Of a stretch of DNA of 64,000 nucleotides, positions 52,988 through 64,000 are shown piece by piece. The notes under the pieces were generated by a model. That model had not been told where the DNA came from. It searched no databases and worked only from the letters and a program-made list of their open reading frames with translations. Numbering within the stretch: the stretch's first letter is position 1; the number at the start of each line of letters is the position of its first letter. A program made the position numbers and the translations under genes. Source of the stretch: Mobula hypostoma. Taxonomy: Eukaryota. The DNA lies in the NCBI RefSeq assembly GCF_963921235.1, contig NC_086097.1, forward strand, positions 184,018,001 to 184,082,000, written 5' to 3'.

Positions 52988-54248
52988 GATCACAAGACCG
53001 TAAGACATAGGAGCAGAATCAGGCCATTCAGCCCATCAAGTCTGCTCTACCACTCCATCATGGCTGATTTATTATCACTTTCAAACCTATTCTTCTGCCT
53101 TCTCCCAATAACCTTTCACGCCCTGACTAATCAAGACCCAATCAACCTCAGCTTTAAGTACATCCAATGACTTGGCCTCTACAGCTGTCTGTGGTAATGA
53201 ATTCCACAGATTCACCACCCACTAGCTAAAGAAATTCCACCTCATCCCTGTTCTAAGTGGACGTCCATCTGTTCTGAGGCTTTCTCCTCCGGCCCTGGAT
53301 TCCCACACTATAGGAAACATCCATTCTGCTAGGCCTTTCAAAATTTTGTAGATTTCAATGAAATTCCTCTGCACTACTAAACTCCGGTGCCTACAGGCCC
53401 AGAGCCATCAAATACTCCTCATACCTTAATCCTTTCATATCTGGAATCATTCTCACAAACCTTCTCTCATTCTCCTTACTACTGAAATGAATGCTAACAT
53501 TGCATTTGCCTTCCTCACCACCGATTCAACCTACAAATTAACCTTTAGGGAATCCTGCACAAGACAACCAAATCCCTTCACACCTCTGATTTTTGAATTT
53601 TTTCCTCGTTTAGAAAATAGTCTATGCCTCTATTCCTTCTACCAAACTGCATGACCACACACTTCCCGACATAACATTCCATCTGTCACTTGTTTGCTCA
53701 TTCCCTCCCCCCCCCGATCTGTCCAAGTGCTTCTGCAGACTCCCTGCCCCTACACCTATCTTTGTATCATCTGCAAATGTGACCACAAAGCCAACAACTT
53801 CATCTAAATTGTTGGCATGTAAGGTGAAAAGAAGTGGTCTCAATACAGACTCCTGCAGAACACCTCTTGTCACTGGCAGCCAACCAGAACAGGCCCTCTT
53901 TATTCCCACTCTTTGCCTCCTGCCAATCAATCAAACATCCATCCATGCTAGTACGTCTCCTGTAATACCATGGGATCTTTTCTTGTTAAGCAGTTTCATG
54001 TGTAGCATCTTTTCAAAGGCCTTCTGAAAATCCAAGTAAACAACATTCACTGACTCTTTGTCTATCCTGCCTGTTATTTCCTCAAAGAATTCCAAGAAAT
54101 TTGTAAGCCAAGATTTCCCCTTAAGGTAACCGTGCTGGTTTTGCCCAAATTTATCATGTGCCTCCAATTACCCTGAAACCTCATCCTTAACCATGGACTT
54201 CCACCTTCCTAACCACTGAAATCAGGTTAACTAGCCTTTAATTTCCTT
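52988..54248 (-). mobile_element. CR1 3' fragment
   Basis: ORFs 53622-53930 (FADDTK) and 53931-54167 (QHGYLKGKS...DFQKAF); AAGACCGTAAGACATAGG tail. Confidence 0.88.
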
Positions 54249-55873
54249 TAGAACCATAGAAAACTACAGCACAGAAAACAGGCCATTCAGCCCTTCTAGT
54301 CTGTGCCGAAATATTATTCTGCTGGTCCCATTGACCTGCATCCAGTCCATAACCCACCAGACCTCTCCCATCCATGTTCCTATCCAATTTATTCATAAAA
54401 CTTAAGAGTGATCCCACATTTACCACGTCAGATGGCAGCTCGTTCCACACTCCCACCACTGAGTGAAGTTCCCCCTAAACCTTTCCCCCTTTTACCCTAA
54501 AGCTATGTCCTCTCGTACTTATCTCTCCTAATCTAAGTGGAAAGAGCCTATTCACACTTACTGTATCTATACCCCTCATAATTTTGTAAACCTCTATCAA
54601 ATCTCCCCTCATTCTCTACGCTCCAAGGAATAAAGTCCTAACCTGTTCAATCTTTCCCTGTAACTCAACTCCTGAAGACCCGGCAACATCCTAGTAAACC
54701 TTCTCTGCACTCTTTCAATCTTACTGATATCCTTCCTATAGCTAGATGACCAGAACTGTACACAATACTCCAAATTTGGCCTCACCAATGTCTTATACAA
54801 CCTCACCATAACATCCCAACTCCTATACTCAATATTTTGATTTATGAATGCCAGGATGCCAAAAGCCTTCTTTACAATCCTGTCCACCTGTGACACCACT
54901 TTCAGGGAACTATGTATCTGAACTCCCAGATCCCTTTGTTCCTCCACACTCCTCAGTGCCCTACCATTTACTGTTTATTTCCAACATTCATTTGTCCTTC
55001 CAAAATTACAACACCTCACTTGTCTGCATTAAATTCCATCTGCCATTTTCTGGCCCATTTTTCCAGTTGGTCCAGATCCCTCTGCAAGCTTTGAAAGCCT
55101 TCCTCACTGTCCACAACACATCCAATCTTAGTGTCACCAGCAAACTTGCTGATCCAGTTTACCACATTATTATCTAGATCATTAATATAGACAACAAACA
55201 ACAATTGTCCCAGCACAGATCCTTGAGGCACACCACTAGTCACAGGCCTCCAGTCTGATAAGCAATCATCTACTACTACTCTGTCTTCTCCCACACAGCC
55301 AATTTCGAATCCAGTTTACAACCTCTCCATGGATACCTAGTGTCTGAACCTAAGCACCTTCAATAACTCCAAAAGACTGAAGTTTGGTAAAATACTAAAA
55401 GGATTTTACTCGCTGTACAATACGACCTCCATGTTGAGTGTCTGCCCCCGGACTGAGGAGGAGGGGCAAGGCGAAACACCTTTGTACAGGATCTGTGGGA
55501 GGAGCCACAGGGGCAGTCAGCAGAGGGGTGTGTCCAGGCAGTTAACCCAGTTACAACATATATACATGGTTTACCACATTCACCCCTCCTTTTTTTTTAA
55601 AAAGAGTCCGGCGGGGTGAAGTGACTGACAATATTTACAAGAAGTATATTTACAGGTTAAGTCTATCAGGCGGTCGAGTCCGTCGCTGTGATCTACGTAG
55701 CACCGGTGGTGATTGCACCGGCGATGGCGGTTGTGCTGGCTCTGGCCTGACTTGAGGTGCCAGCACGTTAGGTGTTGTTAATCCCTCGTGCGTGTGCGTC
55801 GCACCCAGTATGGGAGTGTCATGTGGTGTCTGTGTAGGGCTTGGAGTGCGCGGTGTCTCGTGGGTACATACAT

Positions 55874-57090
55874 CATAGAAACCATAGAAACTACAGCGCA
55901 GAAACAGGCCCTTTGCCCTTCTTGGCTGTGCCGAACCATTTTCTGCCTAGTCCCACTGACCTGCACACGGACCATATCCCTCCATACACCTCCCATCCAT
56001 GTATCTGTCCAATTTATTCTTAAATGTTAAAAAAGAACCCACATTTACCACCTCGTCTGGCAGCTCATTCCATACTCCCACCACTCTTTGTGTGAAGAAG
56101 CCCCACCTAATATTCCCTTTAAACTTTTCCCCCCTCACCCTTAACCCATGTCCTCTGGTTTTTTTCTCCCCTTGCCTCAGTGGAAAAAGCCTGCTTGCAT
56201 TCACTCTGTCTATACCCATCATAATTTTATATACCTCTATCAAATCTCCCCTCATTCTTCTACGCTCCAGGGAATAAAGTCCTAACCTATTCAACCTTTC
56301 TCTGTAACTCAGTTTCTCAAGTCCTGGCAACATCCTTGTAAACCTTCTCTGCACTCTTTCAACCTTATTTATATCCTTCCTGTAATTTGGTGACCAAAAC
56401 TGAACACAATACTCCAGATTCGGCCTCACCAATGCCTTATACAACCTCATCATAACATTCCAGCTCTTATACTCAATACTTTGATCAATAAAGACCAATG
56501 TACCAAAAGCTCTCTTTACGACCCTATCTACCTGTGACGCCACTTTTAAGGAATTTTGTATCTGTATTCCCAGATCCCTCTGTTCCACTGCACTCCTCAG
56601 TGCCTTACCATTAACCCTGTATGTTCTACCTTGGTTTGTCCTTCCAACGTGCAATACCTCACACTTGTCTGTATTAAACTCCATCTGCCATTTTCCAGCC
56701 CATTTTTCTAGCTGGTCCAAGTCCCTCTGCAGGCTCTGAAAACCTTCCTCACTGTCTACTACACCTCCAATCTTTGTATCATCAGCAAATTTGCTGATCC
56801 AATTTACCACATTATCATCCAGATCATTGATATAGATGACAAATAACAATGGACCCAGCACTGATCCCTGTGGCACACCACTAGTCATAGGCCTCCACTC
56901 GGAGAAGCAATTCTCTACCACCACTCTCTGGCTTCTTCCATCGAGCCAATGTCTAATCCAATTTACCACCTCTCCATGTATACCTAGCGACTGAATTTTC
57001 TTAACTAACCTCCCATGTGGGACCTTGTCAAAGGCCTTACTGAAGTCCATGTAGACAATATCCACTGCCTTCCCTTCATCCACATTCCCG
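55874..57090 (-). mobile_element. Young CR1 3' fragment nested in the Gypsy element
   Basis: Uninterrupted RT-to-C-terminus ORF 55947-57116 (DFSKAFDKVPH, GVPQGSVLGP, KFADDTK); possible CATC duplication at the junctions. Confidence 0.95.
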
Positions 57091-57094
57091 GAAC

Positions 57095-59985
57095 CCATCG
57101 ATGGGTACGGGGTCAATAGTTACCACGGATTGTTCAGGGTAGGGGCCCGGTGCTCCTGTAGGCATAGGAGGCATGTAGGCATACTGGGGGTTCGCATGAA
57201 GTAAGTGAACCCTCTTGACCGTCGGGGAGTATTTATTGCTCCTCGCATGTTTCCGGAGCAGCACTGGCCCCGGGGACATCAGCCAAGTTGGTAGGGTGGT
57301 TCCAGTGGTTGATTTTCTGGGAAAAGAAAAGAGCCGCTCATGAGGGGTGGCATTGGAGGCCGTGCATAACAGGGAGCGGATGGAGTGGAGTGCCTCGGGA
57401 AGGACCTCCTGCCAGCGGGAGACCAGCAGTCCCTTTGACCTGAGGGCTAAGAGTGTGGCTTTCCACACTGTGCCATTCTCCTTCTCTACCTGTCCATTCC
57501 CCCGGGGATTATAGCTCGTGGTCCTACTGGTTGCAATTCCCCTAGCCAGTAGGTATTGGCACAGCTCGTCACTCATAAACGAGGACACTCTGTCACTGTG
57601 GATATAGCATGAGTATCCAAACAGAGTGAAGAGCTTGCGCAGGGCTTTTATAACTGACGTGGTGGTGGGGTCGGGGCAGGGGATGGCAAAGGGGAACCGC
57701 GAGTACTCGTCGATAATGTTAAGAAAGTACACATTGCGGTTGGTGGAGGGAAGGGGGCCCTTAAGGTCAACACTCAGTCGCTCAAAGGGGCGGGTAGCCT
57801 TGATGAGTTGTGCCTTTTCGGGTCGGTAGAAGTGCGGTTTGCATTCTGCGCAGACTGGTCAGTCCCTGGTCATCGTCCTGATCTTCTCAAGGGAGTAAGG
57901 CAGGTTCCGGGCTTTCACCAAGTGGAAAAGCCGGGTGACCCCCGGGTGGCAAAGATCTACGTGTAGGGCGTATAGCCAGTCGATCTGTGCGCTGGCGCAC
58001 GTTCCCCGGGATAGGGCAACGGAGGGCTCGTTGATCTTCCCAGGCCTGTACATGATGTCATAGTTGTAGGTGGAGAGTTCGATTCTCCACCTCAGAATTT
58101 TATCATTTTTGATTTTGCCCCGCTGTTGGTTACTAAACATGAATGCAACTGAGCGCTGGTCAGTTAGCAGGGTGAACCTTTTGCCGGCGAGATAGCGCCT
58201 AATAGCTTCCACTATGGCCTGGGCCTCTTTCTCTACCGCAGAGTGCCGAATTTCAGGGCCTTGAAGAGTACGGGAGAAGAACGCCACTGGTCTTCCTGCC
58301 TGGTTGAGGGTAGCAGCCAGCGCAAAGTCGGAGGCGTCACTCTCTACTTGAAAAGAAATGGCCTCATCCACCGCATGCATTGCTGCTTTGGCAATGTCCC
58401 CTTTTATGCTGTTGAAGGCCGCATGGGCCTCGGATGAGAGGGGGAATGTGGTGGACTTGACCGGGGAGCGGGCCTTGTCTGCATAGTTAGAGACCCATTG
58501 GGTGTAATATGAAAAGAAGCCCAGGCACCTTTTGAGGGCTCTGAGGGTGTTGGGAAGAGGGAGTTCCAACAGAGGGCGCATACGATCGGGGTCAGAGCCA
58601 ATGACTCCATTCTCCACGACACACCCAAGGATAGCAAGTCAGGTGATCCCGAATACACAGTTGTCCTTGTTATAGGTGAGATTGAAAGCTTTGGCCACTT
58701 GGAGAAATTTTTGGAGGTTGTTCTCGTGATCCTGCTGGTCATGACCGCAGATGGTGATGTTATCCAGATATGGGAACGTGGCCTTCAGTTGGCACTGGTC
58801 CACCATCTGGTCCATTGCCCTCTGGAAGACAGATACACCATTCGTGACACCGAAGGGGACGCGCAGGAATTGATAAAGCCTGCCATCCGCCTCGAAGGCA
58901 GTGTAAGGGCGGTCCTCCCGGCGGATGGGGAGCTGATGGTAAGCGGATTTTAGGTCTATGGTCGAGTACACCTTGTACTGTGCTATCTGATTGACCATAT
59001 CCGCGATGCGGGGTAGAGGGTACACGTCGAGCTGCGTGAACCTATTGATGACCTGGCTATAGTCCACGACCATCCTATTCTTCTCCCCGTTCCGAACAAT
59101 GACCACCTGCACCCTCCAAGGACTTGTTCTTGCCTCAATGACCCCCTCCCTGAGCAGCCGCTGCACCACCGACTTAATGAAAGCTCTGTCCCCCGCGCTG
59201 TACCTCCTGCTTTTAGTTGCCACAGGTTTACAGTCGGGGGTCAGGTTGGCGAACAGCGGTGGGGAGAGGGATCCTGAGGGTGGAGAGGCCACAAGTGGTG
59301 TCGATAGTGCGGCAGTTGGCATAGGTTGGGTGGGATGTGCGGGTCGGTGTGTGTGGGTGGTCAGTAGCGGGGTATGTGACGTATTCCTACAAAACTGGGG
59401 ATTTACGACAGTAATTGGTGGGAGGGGCCCATCATACTCCATTGTCACACTTTTCAGTTGGCTCTGGAAGTCGAGCCCAAATAGCACAGGGGCACACAGT
59501 TGAGGTATGACCAATAACGTAAAATCTCGATATTCTGTGCCCTGCACCACTAGCATCACTACACAACCCCCCCGGATGTCTGTTGTATGCGACCCGGAAG
59601 CCATGATGACCCTCTGACTTAACGGCCGTATCGCAAGTCCGCAATGCTGCACCGTGTCCAGGTGGATAAAACTCTCCATGCTGCCTGTGTCAAACAGGCA
59701 GCTTGTCCTGCGCCCCTCCACCAGGATGTCCATCATTGACCTTGCGAGCTGGTGGGGAGCACTTTGGTTGAGGGTCACGGAGGCCAGGATTGAATCGCTG
59801 TCTTGGTCCGGCGTGGTGGGGTGCCCCGTGAGCACCCGTTGGTCATAGGCGGTGGGAGGGGGCGCCGACCAGGATGCCGCCCCCATGTCTCGCACGTGGT
59901 GGCGGCGTGCAGGGAAGATGGCGACCCCCACGTCTCGCACGTGGTGGCGGTGTGCAGGGAAGATGGCGACCCCCACGTCTCGCAC
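57095..59985 (-). pseudogene. Gypsy pol (protease, RT, RNase H, integrase), a few frameshifts; the integrase 3' end is interrupted by CR1
   Basis: LFDTGS; YPLPRI; IDLKSAYHQ; PFGVTNG; YLDN; ESDASD; EKEAQA; TDQRSV; IHSDR; YNPRGNGQVEKEN. Confidence 0.93.
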
Positions 59986-60794
59986 GCGGCGCTGCTCGAT
60001 CCAGCTCGCGATTTGGACTTACAGGCCTTGGTGAAGTGGCCCCTTTTTCTGCAGCTAGAGCAGGTTGCTTGTCGGGCCGGGCAGCGTTTCCAGGGGTGCT
60101 TCTCGTGTCTGCAGAAGTAGCACTTCGTGGACTCGTGACTGGCGGCAGCCGAGGTCGATTCGCCGGCGAGTTGCAGGGACTCGCGGCTGGCAGCAGCTGT
60201 GGTCGATTCGCTGGCGGTTTGTGGGGTCAGCGGCACCCACGAGGCCATCGGGGGATTGCGTGCCTGGAGAGCCTCAGAGTTATGCAGAGTGGCCTCCAGC
60301 GCGTCAGCCAGCTCGGTCGCCGAACTTAAGGTAAGATCGGCTTTTTCCAACAGCCGCTGGCGCACATACACTGACCTGGTCCCCGTGACGAAGGCGTCTC
60401 TCACTAGGAGTTCGGCATGCTGCGCCACCGTCAGCTCCTGGCAATTGCAGGCCCGCACGAGTGTCTGTAGGGCCCGGACAAACTCAGCACTCGATTCCCC
60501 GGACCGTTGTTGCCGTGTCGCTAAGCGATGCCGAGCATAGATGCTGTTTATCGGCCACAGGTATTGTCCTTTGAGGGCACTCATCGTGCCGTCGTAGCTC
60601 GGCTGGTCTCTGATCAGCGAATAGACCCGTGGACTGACCCTGGAGAGTAGAACTCTGCACTTCATTACGGGGTCGGTTCCTTTAATCTCCTCTCGGTACG
60701 CTTTGAAGCAGGCCAGCCAGAGTTCGAAAGCGTTTCCAGCTTCAGGCGTTTGCGGATCGAGGTCTAACTTGTCGGATCTCAGTACATGTTCCAT
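59775..60794 (-). pseudogene. Gypsy gag with two zinc knuckles
   Basis: ARHRLATRQQRSGES; LVRDAFVTG; CYFCRHEKH...C; CSSCRKRGHFTKAC. Confidence 0.9.
59880..59986. repeat. 45-bp tandem repeat (~2.4 copies) at the gag-protease junction
   Basis: CCCCACGTCTCGCACGTGGTGGCGG(C/T)GTGCAGGGAAGATGGCGAC repeated. Confidence 0.9.
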
Positions 60795-63700
60795 GCTTTA
60801 AAATGTACAGCGAATAAAATTGAAGCACCTTCAATAACTCCAAAAGACTGAAGTTGGGTGAAATACTGAAAGTATTCACTGTACAATACGACCTCCATGT
60901 TGAGTGTCTGCCCCCGGACTGAGGAGGAGGGGCAAGGTGGAATCACCTTTATTCAGGGGTCTGTGGGAGGAGCCACGGGGGCAGTCAGCAGAGGGGCGTG
61001 TCCAGACAGTTAACCCAGTTACAACATATATATGGTTTATTACACTTCTGAACTAACCTCCCATGCGGGACCTTGTCAAAGGCCTTACTAAAGTCTATGT
61101 AGACAACATCCACAGCCTTTCCTTCATCTACTTTCTTGGCAACCTCCTCAAAAAACTCTACAAGATTCATTAAACACGATCTACCACAACACCATGCTGA
61201 CTATCCTTAATCAGCCCTTGGCTGTCCAAATACTTGTACATCCGATCTCTCAGAACACTTTCCAATACTTTACCTACTGATATCAGGCTCACCGGCCTGT
61301 AATTACCTGGTTTACTTTTGGAGCCTTTTTTAAAAAAATTGAACACCACAAGCTACCCTCCAATCCTTCGGCACTGCACCCCTGGCTAAGGACATTTTAA
61401 ATATTTCTGCCAGGGCCCCTTCAATTTCTACACTAGTCTCTGTCAAGGCCCGAGGAAATATCATGTCAGGCCCGGGGGATTTATCTACCTTTATTTGCTG
61501 TAAGGCAACAAGCACCTCCTCCTCGTTAATCTCTATATGTTCCATGATACTACTGCTTGTTTCCCTTCCTTCCATATACACTATGCTAGTTTCCTGAGTA
61601 AATACTGATGCAAAAAAATTGTTTAAGATCTCCCCCATCTCATGAGGCTCCACGCATAGACTATCTTCTAGGGGACCAATTTTGTCCCTTACTATCCTTT
61701 TACTCTTAACATACTTGTAGAAACACTTTGAGTTTACCTTCACATTATCTGCTAAAGCAACCTCATGTCTTCTTTTTGCCTTCCTGATTTCCTTCTTTAG
61801 TATTTTCTTACATTTTCTATACTCTTCAAGATCCTCATTTGTTCCCTGTTGTCTATACCTGCTATACATCTCTCTTTTTCTTAACCAGATCACCAATATC
61901 CCTTGAAAACCAAGGTTCTCTATGCCTGTTAACTTTGCCTTTAATCCTGGCAGGAACATGCAAACTCTGCACTCTCAAAATTTTGCCTTTGAATGCCTTC
62001 CACATACTGAACACATCCTTGCCAGAAAACAACTTATCCCAATCCACTCTTCCTAGATCCTTTCTCTTCCTCAAAATTGGCCCTTCTCCAATTTAGAACT
62101 TTAACTCGAGGACCAGACCTATCCTTGTCGATAATTAACTTGAAACTAATGACATTATGATCACTGGACCCAGAATGTTCGCCTACACATACTTCTGTCA
62201 TCTGACCTGTCTGGTTCCCTCATAGGAAATCAAGTATTGCATCCTCTCTCGCTGGTACCTCGATATATTGATTTAGAAAACTTTCCTGAACACATTTGAC
62301 AAACTCTACACCACCTAACCCTTTCACAGTGTGGGAGTCCCAGTCAATATGTGGAAAGTTAAAATCCCCTACTATTACAACTTTGTTTCTTACATCAGTC
62401 TGCTATCTCTCTACAGATCTGCTCCTCCAATTCCCTGACTATTGAGAGGTCTATAATACAACCCTATTAGTGTGGTCACACCTTTCCTGTTCCTCAGCTC
62501 CACCTATATGGCCTCTGTAGACAAGCCCTCCGGGCTGTCCTGTCTACACACAGCAGTGATATTCTCCATGACTAGTAATGCCACTCCTCCCCTTTCATCC
62601 CTCCACCTCTATCACGTCTGAAACAACGGAACCCCGGAACATTAAACTGCCAGTCCTGCCCCTCCTGCAACCAAGTCTCACTAATAGCAATAATGTCATA
62701 ATCCCACGTGTCAATCCATGCCCTAAGCTCTTCTGCCTTACCTACAATACTCCTTGCATTGAAATAGATGCACCTGAGAAAATTTCTATCACGTACAAAC
62801 CTTTGATTTCTGTCTATACATGCAGTCCTCACATGACCTTTATCCTCCCCCACTTCACTATCTGCTCTAACACTCTGGTTCCCCTCCCCTTGCAAATCTT
62901 GTTTAAACCCTCCTGAGCAGAACTAGCAAACCTACCCACAAGGATGTTAGTCCCCCTCCAGTTCAGGTGCAAACCATCCCATTGGAAGAGGTCCCACCTT
63001 CCCTGGAACAAAGCCCAATTGTCCAGAAACATGAAGCCCTCCCTCCTGCATCATCTCCTTAGCCACGTATTTAGCTGCGTTATCTAGCCTCACTAGCACA
63101 TGGCACAGGTAGCAATCCTGAGACTGCAACCCTAGAGATCCTGTCCTTCAACTTGGCACCTAATTCCCTATACAGGACCTCTTCCTCCTTCCTATCCACA
63201 TCATTGGTTCCTACATGGACCACGACATCTGGTTGCTCACCCTCCCTCTTGAGAATACTGAGAACTCAGTCCGAGATATTGCGGACCCTGGCACCAGGGA
63301 GGCAACAGACCATCCGGGATTCTCCATCTCTTCCACAGAACCTCTCATCTGTCCCCCTAACTACCGAAACCCCTATCACTACTGCTCTCCTCTCTTCCCT
63401 CCTTCCTTTCTGAGCTGAGGGTCCAGTCTTGGTGCCAGAGATGTGACCACTACAACTTGTCCATGGTAGTTCATCCCCACCAACAGTAACCAAAACGGTG
63501 TACTTATTATTGATGGGAACGGCCACAGGGGTGCTCTGCTCATTCTGTCTATTCCCCTTCCCTCTCCTGACAGTCACCCAGCTACCTGCCTCCTGACTTT
63601 TAGGGGTGACTATCTCCCTGAAACTCCTGTCTATTTCTGCCTCTGCCTCACAAATGATCCAAAGTTCATCCAGCTCCAGCTCCAGTTCCCTAACTCAGTT

Positions 63701-64000
63701 TGTCAGGAGCTGCAGCTGGATACTCCTTTTACAGGTGTAGTCAACAGGGACAATTGTGCTGTCCCTGACTTCCCACATACTGCATACAGAGCACTCGACT
63801 GTCCTAACTGCTGCCTCTATTACCTACTCCCAAATTAGTTAAATTAATTAAAGGAACTTACCCAGCCTTACCTTGCTGGGAGCAAGCTCATCCTCAGCGT
63901 CTGCTCACCAAAACCTCAAAGCTCTACTCACACACTGCCTACTTCTCTTCTTTCTCTTTTTATTTGTCCCTGCCAATTCTCTCAAGTACTCACTCCCTCT

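Larger units (their letters stand above)
55351..61044 (-). mobile_element. Ty3/Gypsy LTR retrotransposon, complete domain set, atypical priming site
   Basis: LTRs 55351-55578 and 60821-61044 (roughly 90% identical by eye); PPT at 55579-55598; gag-PR-RT-RH-IN order. Confidence 0.95.
54249..63940 (-). mobile_element. Near-full-length CR1 (54249-55350 plus 61045-63940) split by a Gypsy element
   Basis: ORF2 pieces rejoin across the Gypsy insert (TGTCTGAAC|CTTCTGAACTAACC); APE (YFNARSI...ISETW) at 62572-62895; esterase ORF1 (DGLHLN, VCCLPGARV) at about 62900-63810. Confidence 0.92.

Noticed and set aside
57087..57111. Near-perfect palindrome at the CR1/Gypsy junction (fold-back synthesis)
   Set aside because: The left half also resembles ordinary CR1 sequence (compare 61121-61145), so a fold-back origin cannot be distinguished from chance.
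59775..60030. Programmed -1 frameshift between gag and pol
   Set aside because: No slippery heptamer in the overlap; the last 45-bp repeat copy is one base short near 59880, so a post-insertion deletion in a single gag-pol ORF is the simpler explanation.

Overview
Eukaryotic, repeat-dense genomic DNA. The repeat mix (CR1/HER1-type LINEs, tRNA-derived V-domain HE1-like SINEs, a Deu-domain SINE, Rex1/Babar LINEs, Penelope-like elements) points to a cartilaginous fish, probably a ray; this is inferred from repeat families, not from a gene. I found no host gene I can support, so the window looks intronic or intergenic. All long ORFs belong to transposons: three long CR1 LINEs (two retaining an esterase-type ORF1), two Ty3/Gypsy LTR elements, two solo-LTR-like inserts, two Tc1 DNA transposons, and several Rex1 and Penelope remnants, often nested. 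The main signals are: (1) minimal hammerhead ribozyme motifs in Penelope terminal repeats, including a ~140-bp ribozyme-bearing insertion with a 12-bp TSD; (2) a Gypsy element with no tRNA primer-binding site, whose post-LTR leader is instead complementary to its own LTR, and whose RT carries YLDN rather than YxDD; (3) a 91-bp ungapped inverted repeat in otherwise unassigned sequence. Boundaries of degraded repeats are approximate and were set by eye.
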